Origin: Ranitomeya imitator
Lineage: Eukaryota
Reading direction: 5' to 3'
DNA: 64,000 nt
Assembly: GCF_032444005.1 (NCBI RefSeq)
Contig: NC_091285.1
Location: 13,144,001-13,208,000 of the forward strand
Each line of letters begins with the position of its first letter. Positions within the stretch are counted from its first letter, which is position 1. The position numbers and the translations under genes were made by a program. Below the pieces are notes generated by a model that ran no database searches, was not told where the DNA came from, and saw only the letters and a program-made list of their open reading frames with translations. This document shows, piece after piece, positions 12,338 through 27,469 of this stretch.

Positions 12338-15300
12338 CAGGGCTGCCACTAGAAATTTTGGGGCCCCATATTGGCAAAATTTTCGGGGCCCCCTTGAGAC
12401 TCCGCCCAGGCTCCACCCCAGCCCCGCCTCCAGGCTCCACCCCTCGAACTCTCCACAGTCCCACCGCTCTCTCTTGGAAAATCTCCACTTCTCACTTATC
12501 ACACATTGACAGTTCCCATCACCAGATCACACATATAGCCGGCAGCTTTTGTTTTGGCCAAAAGATTTTTTAAGCCGCCACCAGAACACGGTTGACACTT
12601 TTGGCCGGGCCCTACTGTACTGTAACCTACTAAATATTTGTTAAAATATGCAATACAATTTAGGTATATTTTTATTTATTTTTCAATTTTTAAAATTACC
12701 TATAATACTACATACAAGGAACAAATACCACAGCACTATGACCAGATGACATATTACCACCACAGTGACCGAATAATATCAAATACAAGGAACAAATACG
12801 CATATTACCACCACATAGTGACTGAATACTACACTACTGATCAGTAATAAAAAAAAAAAAAACACAATACTATCACCATCAGTGCCATTATACACAGGAG
12901 ATCTGTAATTAGTAAGCAGTGTCTGTGTACAGGTAATACAGTGATCACCGGTGACATTATACACAGGAGCTCTGTATATAGTATACAGTGTATAGTGTCA
13001 GTGTATAGTTAACACTGACTCACCAGTGACGTCTCTAGGTGAAGTCCTTCATCTTTCATCCAGCACAGACCGCCATTATTTCTTCCAGCCAGGACTCGTC
13101 TCTGCAGGAAATAACACAGTTATCTCGAGTTCCACTTGCAGAACACATTACTTAATTTTCACATCCTCTACATTACACCACATGAAGAAGGCAACATAGT
13201 ATCACTCTGCACAGTAACAGGACCTCCCCCCATTTAAAACAGTATACTCAAAAAATAAAATAAATACATCACTGCAATAATAATATCCCTTAATTAGCCC
13301 CTATGGTAATATTCGCCATCCTAGCCCCCGTGTATCTCATTGCAGGCTCCAGCCATATGTTCTCCCATCCTGCCCTCATGAGTATCCATTCTGCCCCATA
13401 TGATCTCCCCATCCTGCCCCATCTGTCTCCATCGTATCCATCCTGCCCCATCTGTCTCCATTCTGCCCCATCTGTTTCCAATCCTGCCCCATATGTATCC
13501 CGCACTCTGCCCCATCTCTGTCCAGCACTCTGCCCCATCTCTTCCCAGCACTCTGCCCCATCTCTGTCCAGCACTCTGCCCCATCTCTGTCCAGCACTCT
13601 GCCCCATCTCTGTCCAGCACTCTGCCCCATCTCTGTCCAGCACTCTGCCCCATCTCTTCCCAGCACTCTGCCCCATCTCTGTCCAGCACTCTGCCCCATC
13701 TCTGTCCAGCACTCTGCCCCATCTAAGCCCAGCACTCTGCCCCATCTCTGCCCAGCACTCTGCCCCATCTCTGCCCAGCACTCTGCCCCATCTCTGTCCA
13801 GCACTCTGCCCCATCTCTGTCCAGCATATCTGCCCCATCTGTGTCCAGCATATCTGCCCCATCTGTTTCCAATCCTGCCCCATCTCTGTTCAGCACTCTG
13901 CCCCATCTCTGCCCAGCACTCTGCCCCATCTCTGTCCAGCACTCTGCCCCATCTCTGCCCAGCACTCTGCCCCATCTCTGCCCAGCACTCTGCCCCATCT
14001 CTGCCCAGCACGCTGCCCCATCTCTGTCCAGCACTCTGCCCCATCTCTGTCCAGCACTCTGCCCCATCTCTGTCCAGCACTCTGCCCCATCTCTGTCCAG
14101 CACTCTGCCCCATCTCTGTCCAGCACTCTGCCCCATCTCTGCCCAGCACTCTGCCCCATCTCTTCCCAGCACTCTGCCCCATCTCTGTCCAGCACTCTAC
14201 CCCATCTCTTTCCAGCACTCTACCCCATCTCTGTCCAGCACTCTGCCCCATCTCTTCCCAGCACTCTGCCCCATCTCTTTCCAGCATTCTGCCCCATCTC
14301 TGTCCAGCACTCTGCCCAGCACTCTGCCCCATCTCTGTCCAGCACTCTGCCCCATCTCTGTCCAGCACTCTGCCCAGCACTCTGCCCCATCTCTGTCCAG
14401 CACTCTGCCCCATCTCTGTCCAGCACTCTGCCCCATCTCTGTCCAGCACTCTGCCCCATCTCTGCCCAGCACTCTGCCCCATCTCTGCCCAGCACTCTGC
14501 CCCATCTCTGCCCAGCACTCTGCCCCATCTCTGTCCAGCACTCTGCCCCATCTATGTCCAGCATATCTGCCCCATCTGTTTCCAATCCTGCCCCATCGCT
14601 GTCCAGCACTCTGCCCCATCTCTGTCCAGCACTCTGCCCCATCTCTGCCCAGCACTCTGCCCCATCTCTGCCCAGCACTCTGCCCCATCTCTGTCCAGCA
14701 CTCTGCCCCATCTCTGTCCAGCACTCTGCCCCATCTCTGCCCAGCACTCTGCCCCATCTCTGCTTAGCACTCTGCCCCATCTCTGTCCAGCACTCTGCCC
14801 CATCTCTGTCCAGCACTCTGCCCCATCTCTTTCCAGCACTCTGCCCCATCTCTGTTCAGCACTCTGCCCCATCTCTGTTCAGCACTCTGCCCCATCTCTG
14901 TCCAGCACTCTGCCCCATCTCTGCCCAGCACTCTGCCCCATCTCTGTCCAGCACTCTGCCCCATCTCTGCCCAGCACTCTGCCCCATCTCTTCCCAGCAC
15001 TCTGCCCCATCTCTGTCCAGCACTCTGCCCCATCACTGTCCAGCACTCTGAACCATCTCTGTCCAGCACTCTGCCCCATGTCTGTCCAGCACTCTGCCCC
15101 ATCTCTGTCCAGCACTCTGCCCCATCTCTTCCCAGCACTCTGCCCCATCTCTGTCCAGCACTCTGCCCCATCTCTGTCCAGCACTCTGCCCCATCTCTGT
15201 CCAGCATTCTGCCCCATCTCTTCCCAGCACTCTGCCCTATCTCTGTCCAGCACTCTGCCCCATCTGTGTGCAGCACTCTGCCCCATCTGTGTCCAGCATA

Positions 15301-18300
15301 TCTGCCCCATCTGTTTCCAATCCTGCCCCATCTCTGCCCAGCACTCTGCCCCATCTCTGTCCAGCACTCTGCCCCATCTGTTTCCAATCCTGCCCCATCT
15401 GTGTCCAGCACTCTGCCCCATCTGTGTCCAATCCTGCCCCATCTGTGTCCAGCACTCTGCCCCATCTGTTTCAATTCCTGCCCCATCTCTGTCCAGCACT
15501 CTGCCCCATCTCTGTCCAGCACTCTGTCCAGCACTCTGCCCCATCTGTCCAGTACTCTGCCCCATCTGTTTCCAATCCTGCCCCATCTCTGTCCAGCACT
15601 CTGCCCCATCTCTGTCCAGCACTCTGCCCCATCTCTGCCCAGCACTCTGCCCCATCTCTGCCCAGCACTCTGCCCCATCTCTGTCCAGCACTCTGCCCCA
15701 TCTCTTCCCAGCACTCTGCCCCATCTCTGTCCAGCACTCTGCCCCATCTCTGTCCAGCACTCTGCCCCATCTCTGTCCAGCACTCTGCCCCATCTCTTCC
15801 CAGCACTCTGCCCCATCTCTGTCCAGCACTCTACCCCATCTCTGTCCAGCACTCTACCCCATCTCTGTCCAGCACTCTGCCCCATCTCTGTCCAGCACTC
15901 TGCCCCATCTTTTCCCAGCACTCTGCCCCATCTCTGTCCAGCACTCTGCCCCATCTCTGTCCAGCACTCTGCCCCATCTGTGTGCAGCACTCTGCCCCAT
16001 CTGTGTCCAGCATATCTGCCCCATCTGTGTCCAGCATATCTGCCCCATCTGTTTCCAATCCTGCCCCATCTCTGCCCAGCACTCTGCCCCATCTCTGCCC
16101 AGCACGCTGCCCCATCTCTGCCCAGCACTCTGCCCCATCTCTGCCCAGCACTCTGCCCCATCTCTGTCCAGCACTCTGCCCCATCTCTGTCCAGCACTCT
16201 GCCCCATCTCTGTCCAGCACTCTGCCCCATCTCTGTCCAGCACTCTGCCCCATCTCTGCCCAGCACTCTGCCCCATCTCTGCCCAGCACTCTGCCCCATC
16301 TCTGTCCAGCACTCTGCCCCATCTATGTCCAGCATATCTGCCCCATCTGTTTCCAATCCTGCCCCATCGCTGTCCTGCACTCTGCCACATCTCTGCCCAG
16401 CACTCTGCCCCATCTCTGCCCAGCACTCTGCCCCATCTCTGCCCAGCACTCTGCCCCATCTCTGTCCAGCACTCTGCCCCATCTCTGTCCAGCACTCTGC
16501 CCCATCTCTGCCCAGCACTCTGCCCCATCTCTGCTTAGCACTCTGCCCCATCTCTGTCCAGCACTCTGCCCCATCTCTGTCCAGCACTCTGCCCCATCTC
16601 TGTCCAGCACTCTGCCCCATCTCTGTTCAGCACTCTGCCCCATCTCTGTCCAGCACTCTGCCCCATCTCTGCCCAGCACTCTGCCCCATCTCTGCCCAGC
16701 ACTCTGCCCCATCTCTTCCCAGCACTCTGCCCCATCTCTGTCCAGCACTCTGCCCCATCACTGTCCAGCACTCTGCCCCATCTCTGTCCAGCACTCTGCC
16801 CCATGTCTGTCCAGCACTCTGCCCCATCTCTGTCCAGCACTCTGCCCCATCTCTTCCCAGCACTCTGCCCCATCTCTGCCCAGCACTCTGCCCCATCTCT
16901 GTCCAGCACTCTGCCCCATCTCTGTCCAGCACTCTGCCCCATCTCTTCCCAGCACTCTGCCCTATCTCTGTCCAGCACTCTGCCCCATCTGTGTGCAGCA
17001 CTCTGCCCCATCTGTGTCCAGCATATCTGCCCCATCTGTGTCCAGCATATCTGCCCCATCTGTTTCCAATCCTGCCCCATCTCTGTCCAGCACTCTGCCC
17101 CATCTCTGTCCAGCACTCTGCCCCATCTCTGTCCAGCACTCTGCCCCATCTCTGCCCAGCACTCTGCCCCATCTCTGCCCATCACGCTGCCCCATCTCGG
17201 CCCCATCTCTGTCCAGCACTTTGCCCCATCTCTGTCCAGCACTCTGCCCCATCTCTGTCCAGCACTCTGCCCCATCTCTGCCCAGCACTCTGCCCCATCT
17301 CTGCCCAGCACTCTGCCCCATCTCTGCCCAGCACTCTGCCCCATCTCTGCCCAGCACTCTGCCCCATCTCTGTCCAGCACTCTGCCCCATCTCTGTCCAG
17401 CACTCTGCCCCATCTCTGTCCAGCACTCTGCCCCATCTCTGTCCAGCACTCTGCCCCATCTCTGCCCAGCACTCTGCCCCATCTCTGTCCAGCACTCTGC
17501 CCCATCTCTGTCCAGCACTCTGCCCCATCTCTGCCCAGCACTCTGCCCCATCTCTGCCCAGCACTCTGCCCCATCTCTGCCCAGCACCCTGCCCCATCTC
17601 TGCCCAATCTCTGTCCAGCACTCTGCCCCATCTCTGTCCAGCACTCTGCCCCATCTCTGTCCAGCACTCTGCCCCATCTCTGTCCAGCACTCTGCCCCAT
17701 CTCTGTCCAGCACTCTGCCCCATCTCTGCCCAGCACTCTGCCCCATCTCTGCCCATCACGCTGCCCCATCTCTGCCCCATCTCTGTCCAGCACTCTGCCC
17801 CATCTCTGTCCAGCACTCTGCCCCATCTCTGTCCAGCACTCTGCCCCATCTCTGCCCAGCACTCTGCCCCATCTCTGTCCAGCACTCTGCCCCATCTCTG
17901 TCCAGCACTCTGCCCCATCTCTGTCCAGCACTCTGCCCCATCTGTGTGCAGCACTCTGCCCCATCTGTGTCCAGCATATCTGCCCCATCTGTGTCCAGCA
18001 TATCTGCCCCATCTGTTTCCAATCCTGCCCCATCTCTGTCCAGCACTCTGCCCCATCTCTGTCCAGCACTCTGCCCCATCTCTGCCCAGCACTCTGCCCC
18101 ATCTCTGCCCAGCACTCTGCCCCATCTCTGCCCAGCACTTTGCCCCATCTCTGTCCAGCACTCTGCCCCATCTCTGCCCAGCACTCTGTCCCATCTCTGC
18201 TTAGCACTCTGCCCCATCTCTGTCCAGCACTCTGCCCCATCTCTGTCCAGCACTCTGCCCCATCTCTGTCCAGCACTCTACCCCATCTCTGCCCAGCACT

Positions 18301-19425
18301 CTGCCCCATCTCTGCTTAGCACTCTGCCCCATCTCTGTCCAGCACTCTGCCCCATCTCTGTCCAGCACTCTGCCCCATCTCTGCCCAGCACTCTGCCCCA
18401 TCTCTGCCCAGCACTCTGCCCCATCTCTGCCCAGCACTCTGCCCCATCTCTGTCCAGCATATCTGCCCCATCTGTGTCCAGCATATCTGCCCCATCTGTT
18501 TCCAATCCTGCCCCATCTCTGTTCAGCACTCTGCCCCATCTCTGCCCAGCACTCTGCCCCATCTCTGTCCAGCACTCTGCCCCATCTCTGCCCAGCACTC
18601 TGCCCCATCTCTGCCCAGCACGCTGCCCCATCTCTGCCCATCACTCTGCCCCATCTGTGTCCAGCATATCTGCCCCATCTCTGTCCAGCACTCTGCCCCA
18701 TCTCTGCCCAGCACTCTGCCCCATCTCTTCCCAGCACTCTGCCCCATCTCTGTCCAGCACTCTACCCCATCTCTGTCCAGCACTCTACCCCATCTCTGTC
18801 CAGCACTCTGCCCCATCTCTTCCCAGCACTCTGCCCCATCTCTTTCCAGCACTCTGCCCCATCTCTGTCCAGCACTCTGCCCAGCACTCTGCCCCATCTC
18901 TGTCCAGCACTCTGCCCCATCTCTGTCCAGCACTCTGCCCAGCACTCTGCCCCATCTCTGTCCAGCACTCTGCCCCATCTGTGTCCATCTTTTTGCCCCT
19001 GTGTCCAGTGTTCTTCCCTGGGCCCCCGGATCGCCGCTCTCAAGAAAAAAAAAAAAAAAAGAAGTTCTTCTTACCTGGCCGCGCTCCTGCGGCGGGCGAA
19101 GTCTCCACGCAGCTGCAGCGTGCATGCACTCGCCGGCGACTGACAATGATGTCAGACGCCGGCGACATGCACGCACGCTGCGGCTGACGTCAGCTGCCAG
19201 CCTCAGATTGGCTGGCAGCGCCGCGGCTGTTAACTGTTGACGTGCGGGCCCGCTCCTGCACGTCAATAGCTTTAAACAGCTGCAGCGTCGGCGCTAAGGG
19301 CCCGGTTAGCCTGCGGCTGCCGGTAAGGGCCCGATGAGCAGATAAGACGGGGCCCAATGCGGGCCCCCTCTGCTCACCGGGCCCCATACGCCAGTCACGG
19401 CCGTCATGCCCTGATGGCGGCCCTG
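12338..19425. mobile_element. 7.1-kb non-autonomous hAT element carrying a satellite
   Basis: Perfect 8-bp TSD GATCCGAG (12330-12337, 19426-19433). TIR CAGGGCTGCCA / TGGCGGCCCTG matches at 10 of 11. Confidence 0.92.
13400..18985. repeat. 23-bp satellite, about 240 units
   Basis: CAGCACTCTGCCCCATCTCTG(T/C)C in tandem; accounts for all the long repetitive ORFs here. Confidence 0.97.
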
Positions 19426-20999
19426 GATCCGAGTATTGGGGATTTGCAATAGTATACTACTGTTTATGCATAGTCTGATATTACATTATACCCCGTAACC
19501 CATGATCCATGTACTGAGAAATTGACCTGCAGTTTGTTACTTTTGTGACCAATTTACCCAGCTATTTGTGATGCCTGTTTGTTTCTTTGGCTCACTTTCA
19601 GCACTGTTGGCTATTTTTAAATGTCTGTTTTTATACAATTTAATAGTTTGTTACTATTGTTCATGAATACGTGTTCTTTCTATAAGTTTCATAGATATCT
19701 TTCAGGTAGTCAGCATAAAATGTCAAATTTAAAAAACTGCCTTAACGTGGCTACCAGGTACACATGAATTTGCCAATTTTTGTGCTAAACTTTCTCAATT
19801 TTTCATATTTGTAGTGCAGTAATGCAATTCATTTTTCATGTTTATAAGTTTTGGCGCTATAGTTTGCCGCCTTTTTTGTTTGTGTGTTTATGAGTTGGTG
19901 ACTCTAGGTTCAGCACCTGTTCACACTTAGTCTATGTTTGTATGTGACAGTCAGTTTTTTGAAATTTGTATTCATTAGCCTTCTGACTGAGCACTCCGCC
20001 TCCTAGCCACAGGTGTTTTTAATCCCAGCAGGACCACTACCCCTCCATAGAGATATAGATTTTAGTCTAACAGAGGATTCATGTTCCCATACAGATGAAG
20101 ACTTTATTCTACGTGAGGAAAGGCATTGTTAGGTCCTAGTATACGAGAAATGCCTCATCGTGGCTACAAGTATTGGCCAATTTATGTGCTAAACTTTCTC
20201 AATTTTTCATATTTCTAGTGCAGTAATGCAATTTAATTTTCATTTTTCTTGTTTGCAAGTTTTGGCACTACAGTGTGCTGCCTTTTTCGTTTGAGTCAGC
20301 AGAAAACTGACTGCACAGTCCTCCTTTATGTAGTCCGTGAGTGGACCAGAAAGAGAACTGCAGCGATGACATGTTTTCACGGCAGGGATGTAAATTAATG
20401 TGCATCAGCTCCGCCCCTTCCTCTGCTGATTGGCTGAGTGCAGAAATGTTAGTTATTTTGAATTTCCCGCCCATTGTTTTGTTTTATTTTCCCGCTTCTA
20501 CAGGGATGATGCTAAAAATAGTCAGAAACCAGATTCCTCTCCCCAGTGACCTCCTGCTCAGTAGTTACAATGTGAGAGCCAGACCTGGAGATCAATCTGA
20601 CAATTATAGTGCTGTATTCTCTCCATCCATATAGTAGTGTATAACCTCCATATACTGCTGTATACCTGTAATGTACTACTGTATTCCTCCATGTAGTGCT
20701 ATAAACCCCCATATTGTGCAGTCAGCAGAACAAAGGAAACTGGGCACTAGGACCCAGTGCTCAGTGAAGGGCAACCAATCTATACCTACCTGCACTTGCC
20801 CTGTTGTCACACTATTCCAGATGTAGAACGGATAAGGGAACATCTCACCATGACCCTCAGCATTCTCCCCCCATTTAACCATCATCCTCTTATCCCCACC
20901 CTCTATTGCAAGATGCATTGATCTGATCTCTTCCTTTTGCTAACACATAAAGGAGCAGGACACAGACCTAGCCACAGCTCTGATGTAGACGGGGTGGGT

Positions 21000-21015
21000 G
21001 GCTCTTAGAAGAGCC
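21000..21015 (-). terminator. Histone 3' stem-loop of H2B, with downstream element (HDE)
   Basis: Minus strand GGCTCT-TCTA-AGAGCC, then TCAGAGCTGT. Confidence 0.95.
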
Positions 21016-21046
21016 TTTGGGTTGTGGGTGCAGAGCACAGAGCAGA

Positions 21047-22145
<1,099 letters not shown>

Positions 22146-22784
22146 GCGACACTGACCCCGTATCATCCACACAACCCAAAGGCTCTTCTCAGAGCCACCC
22201 ACACCGTCACCACAAGAGCTGACGCCGCTGATCTGATAATAATGTATATGATGGAAAATTCATCACTGTCCCCCAGCAGCACAGCACTAGGGGGTAGGAA
22301 CAATCCAAATATATATTCTGTAGTGCGCTGTAAATTCCTGATGCAAAAAAGTTTGATTTCAAAATAAAGCTGTATCCCATCCATCCAGTACTGTATATCA
22401 TCCATCCATGTACCTTGTTGTATACTCCTCAGTGTTGTGTACCCACAAAACTGATCTAGTGGTAGAAAAAGAACAGATCAGCTCACACCTGTATTAGCGC
22501 TGGAAACGAGCGATCCAAAGATCAGTGCTCCATCAGAGAACTGAGAAAAAAAAATTCTTTATTCAAAAGTGGATTAAAACATTTATTTAGCACATAATGT
22601 AAATTTCTGCTTATTTAGACTTAAGGTACCGTCACACTTAGCGACGCTGCAGCGATACCGACAACGATCTGGATCGCTGCAGCGTCGCTGTTTGGTCGCT
22701 GGAGAGATGTCACACAGACCGCTCTCCAGCGACCAATGATGCCGGTAACCAGGGTAAACATCGGGTAACTAAGCGCAGGGCCGC

Positions 22785-22938
22785 TCATGATTAAGGGTGC
22801 TTAGTCACCGGAAACGCGTTGACCTTGGTTTTAAAATATTTTTTTGTATGCTGATGTTTTGTCCTTTCACTATATTTTAAGTGAAATAAACTATGGATTT
22901 TTCACTATTTCGTTGAGCTGGATCTCCTTCTCTTTCCA
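22785..22938 (+). mobile_element. Short Penelope-like terminal fragment with a degenerate hammerhead-like motif, inside the MITE
   Basis: ATGATTAAG-GGTG-cttagt-CACC-GGAAACGCGTT followed by an AATAAA-containing tail. It interrupts the MITE where sister copies read GGGCCGCGCTTAGTAACCCG. Confidence 0.5.
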
Positions 22939-22994
22939 ACCCGATGTTTACCCTGGTTACCATCCTAAAAGTAAAAAAAAACAAACACTACATA

Positions 22995-24601
22995 CAGTGG
23001 GGCAAAAAAGTATTTAGTCAGTCAGCAATAGTGCAAGTTCCACCACTTAAAAAGATGAGAGGCGTCTGTAATTTACATCATAGGTAGACCTCAACTATGG
23101 GAGACAAACTGAGAAAAAAAAATCCAGAAAATCACATTGTCTGTTTTTTTTATCATTTTATTTGCATATTATGGTGGAAAATAAGTATTTGGTCAGAAAC
23201 AAACAATCAAGATTTCTGGCTCTCACAGACCTGTAACTTCTTCTTTAAGAGTCTCCTCTTTCCTCCACTCATTACCTGTAGTAATGGCACCTGTTTAAAC
23301 TTGTTATCAGTATAAAAAGACCCCTGTGCACACCCTCAAACAGTCTGACTCCAAACTCCACTATGGTGAAGACCAAAGAGCTGTCAAAGGACACGAGAAA
23401 CAAAATTGTAGCCCTGCACCAGGCTGGGAAGACTGAATCTGCAATAGCCAACCAGCTTGGAGTGAAGAAATCAACAGTGGGAGCAATAATTAGAAAATGG
23501 AAGACATACAAGACCACTGATAATCTCCCTCGATCTGGGGCTCCACGCAAAATCCCACCCCGTGGGGTCAGAATGATCACAAGAACGGTGAGCTAAAATC
23601 CCAGAACCACGCGGGGGGACCTAGTGAATGAACTGCAGAGAGCTGGGACCAATGTAACAAGGCCTACCATAAGTAACACACTACGCCACCATGGACTCAG
23701 ATCCTGCAGTGCCAGACGTGTCCCACTGCTTAAGCCAGTACATGTCCGGGCCCGTCTGAAGTTTGCTAGAGAGCATTTGGATGATCCAGAGGAGTTTTGA
23801 GAGAATGTCCTATGGTCTGATGAAACCAAACTGGAACTGTTTGGTAGAAACACAACTTGTCGTGTTTGGAGGAAAAAGAATACTGAGTTGCATCCATCAA
23901 ACACCATACCTACTGTAAAGCATGGTGGTGGAAACATCATGCTCTGGGGCTGTTTCTCTGCAAAGGGGCCAGGACGACTGATCCGGGTACATGAAAGAAT
24001 GAATGGGGCCATGTATCATGAGATTTTGAGTGCAAACCTCCTACCATCAGCAAGGGCATTGAAGATGAAACGTGGCTGGGTCTTTCAACATGACAATGAT
24101 CCAAAGCACACCGCCAGGGCAACGAAGGAGTGGCTTCGTAAGAAGCATTTCAAGGTCCTGGAGTGGCCTAGCCAGTCTCCAGATCTCAACCCTATAGAAA
24201 ACCTTTGGAGGGAGTTGAAAGTCCGTGTTGCCAAGTGAAAAGCCAAAAACATCACTGCTCTAGAGGAGATCTGCATGGAGGAATGGGCCAACATACCAAC
24301 AACAGTGTGTGGCAACCTTGTGAAGACTTACAGAAAACGTTTGACCTCTGTCATTGCCAACAAAGGATATATTACAAAGTATTGAGATGAAATTTTGTTT
24401 CTGACCAAATACTTATTTTCCACCATAATATGCAAATAAAATGATAAAAAAACAGACAATGTGATTTTCTGGATTTTTTTTTCTCAATTTGTCTCCCATA
24501 GTTGAGGTCTACCTATGATGTAAATTACAGACGCCTCTCATCTTTTTAAGTGGTGGAACTTGCACTATTGCTGACTGACTAAATACTTTTTTGCCCCACT
24601 G
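22995..24601 (+). mobile_element. Tc1-like transposon, full length, 1607 bp
   Basis: TA on both sides; long TIRs starting CAGTGGGGCAAAAAAGTATTTAGTCAGTC. Confidence 0.97.
23363..24385 (+). pseudogene. Tc1 DD34E transposase, 340 codons, inactivated
   Basis: Motifs [15 protein letters not shown] and [11 protein letters not shown] in one frame. In-frame stops at 23594, 23798 and 24236. Confidence 0.95.
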
Positions 24602-27087
24602 TACTTACCTACAGCCGTCTGTCCCCGGCGCTCCGCTTCTCTGCACTCCTCCTGCACTGACTGTGAGCACAGCGGCCGGAAAGCAGAGCGGTGACGTCAC
24701 CGCTCTGCTTTCCGGCTGACCGACGCTCACAGCCAGTACAGGAGGAGTGCAGAGCACAGCGCTGGAGGACAGACAGCGGTAGGTAAGTATGTAGTGGTTG
24801 TTTTTTTTACTTTAACGATGGTAACCAGGGTAAACATCGGGTTACTACGCGCGGCCCTGCGCTTAGTTACCCGATGTTTACCCTGGTTACCAGTGAAGAC
24901 ATCGCTGAATCGGTGTCACACACGCCGATTCAGCGATGTCTGCGGGGAGTCCAGCGACCAAATAAAGTTCTGGACTTTCTTCCCCGACCAGCGACAGCAC
25001 AGCAGGGGCCTGATCGCTGCTGCCTGTCACACTGGACGATATCGCTAGCGAGGACGCTGCAACGTCACGGATCGCTAGCGATATCGTCTAGTGTGACGGT
25101 ACCTTAAAGTTTATATAGACAGGTAAACATTAGAATTTCAAGTATTCAGGGTGATCCTGACAAGCACAATGGATACGGCCTGAGGTCATAGATTACAGAA
25201 CTTGTTCTTCCAGGTTGGGGGATGCTTGGAGAAAAGTCCATGTACATGGGTAATTCAGGGAACAAGATGGATGACAAAATGGTTTCCTTCGCAATTTTCA
25301 TTAAAAGTTGAAACATGGTGCAGGAGAAAAGAATATACCTCAGATGGAGGACATAAAGCGACAACACAGGCTTCGTCAAATCTACGTCATAAGAGCACTA
25401 CTAATGACAAAGGGGAGTTGAACAAATCATGTGATCATATATAGTAATCTGGTTTACAGATAGAAATACAAACAGAATGAAGGTAGTAAAAAAAAAACAA
25501 AAAAAAAAACAATAAAATAAAATAAAAGCAAAAAACAGCCCTAACAAACTAATATTGATACATATTTTTTTTTTACGCATATTCAAACCGTAACCTATCG
25601 CATGCATCTCGCTTTGTTACACATCACCATAGACAAACTTTGTCTTTTCAAGTATATGGCATTGAGAAAGTCTCCAGATCAGACAGAAGAGGGGAACTAC
25701 AGGAATCGTTTATGCCCAAAAGAAGCCTGTTGGATGTGTCACTTAGTCACCTGTATTCCGAATGGACTGAATATGCGTAAAGAAATCTGATTGGTCGAGA
25801 ACAAAACGCTTAGTGATTTCGAATTTCCTGCTTCTACCACAATGCAAAAAAAGCCGCAAACCTGATTCCTCTCTGCGGTGACATCCTGCTTGTAATAATT
25901 TCATTGAAAGTCAACCTGGAAATAAATCAATCATTGCGAGGTCTATAGTGCTATATGCTCTCCATCCACATTGTGATGTATACCCCCATACAGTGCTATG
26001 TAAAATTCTATATACTGCTGTATTCCCGGAATATACTACTGTATTCCTCCTTTCAGTGCTCATAAAGTGCTTTATACCCTCCATATTGTGCTTTGTTCAT
26101 TTATCTCAGCGGCAATAAACAAGTGATCGGTTTCTCCGTTAATCACAATGTGAGATTCAGACCTAGAAATGGATGTCTTTGGGACCGCACTTTTTTTTTT
26201 TTTTTTTTGCAATTTCACCGCACTTTGAATTTTGTTTCTCGTTTTCCAGTAAACGATATGGGAAAACCAATGGTGTCGGTCACAATTACATCTCGTCCTG
26301 CAAAAAAACAAGCCCTCACATGGCCATATTGACGGAAAAAGAAAAAAGTTATAGCTTCCGTAAGAAGGGGGAACAATAAAACGTAAAACCCAAGGTCGCA
26401 ACGGGCTTAAAGGAAGTGCGGGAGATCATCTCTGCAGGCTGCCGATTCGTCCACTTTGCTGGCTGGATCTGCTCTCTCTTGCCGACCCTGTCTCTGTGTG
26501 GTCCGGCTGCCCTTCCACTGACACGGACGGCGACGCTAGACTCAATCCTGGGGATTTCTATGCTGCTGCTCCAAATCTGCCTCCATATTGCTAAGAGGAC
26601 AGGTGAGCTAGGTAGCCCTGAGCAGAGGTGCCAGCTTACCCTTATACTGGCTTCTATGCTCTCGAAGACCCCCGGGATTTCTGTGTCACATGGCTCCTGG
26701 TGTTGTCACCTTCTCACTCCCCCGGCAGGAAGCGTCACCCGCATCACCACACACACACCAACTAATGTATTTTTCCCACGGGGCGTTTAACTGTTGCCTT
26801 ATTGGCCGTGTCACTGGCTCAGCATACCGCCGACCTCCCAAAACGCGGCACTTCCGGTTTCAGCCACGGGAATCCAGGACTGGGCAGGCACAGTGCATAC
26901 ACTCACCACCCCTGAGCTACGCCAGAGCCGTCCATCACCAGTCAGGGCGTCCACACACAAGTGAGAGCCCCCCTTCCACCTGCCCTGGTGCTTCCAGGAA
27001 TCCTGCCCAAGCCGAGGTAGAGAAGGGAACCCTGCCTAAGCCAAGTGTCCAGGTCTGAGAAGGAACTTTCTTCTTCTTCACAGGTAA

Positions 27088-27465
27088 GGCTACTTTCACA
27101 CTAGCGTTGTGCACTGCACGTCGTAATGCGTCGTTTAGGAGAAAAAACGCATCCTGCAAAATTGCTTGCAGGATGCGTTTTTTCTCCATTGACTAACATT
27201 AGCGACGGTTGCGCAGTGTTGTGGCGGACCGTCGGCAGCAAAAAACGTTACGTGTAACGTTTTTGCTGTGTTGTGTCTGCCATTTCCGACCACGCATGCG
27301 CGGCTGGAACTCCGCCCCCACCTCCCCGCAACTCACAATGGGGCAGCGGATGCGCTGGAAAAATGCATCCACTGCCCCCGTTGTGCGGCGCTTGCACAGT
27401 ATGCGTCGGTACGTCGGGCCGACGCAGTGCGACGGCCCCGTACCGACGCTAGTGTGAAAGTAGCC
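27088..27465. mobile_element. PIF/Harbinger-type MITE
   Basis: TIR GGCTACTTTCACACTAGCG; 3-bp TSD TAA on both sides. Confidence 0.88.
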
Positions 27466-27469
27466 TAAA

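Larger units (their letters stand above)
22625..25103. mobile_element. MITE (TIR GGTACCGTCACACT) hosting nested insertions
   Basis: TTAA on both sides (22621-22624, 25104-25107), with long imperfect inverted arms. Superfamily uncertain. Confidence 0.85.

Noticed and set aside
13290-19266. Many long ORFs of up to 1017 aa on both strands
   Set aside because: They are translations of a 23-bp satellite that happens to lack stop codons, and they are open in several frames at once.
20125-20165. Hairpin AGGCAT...ATGCCT as another hammerhead
   Set aside because: The core CUGANGA and GAAA are not correctly placed on either strand.
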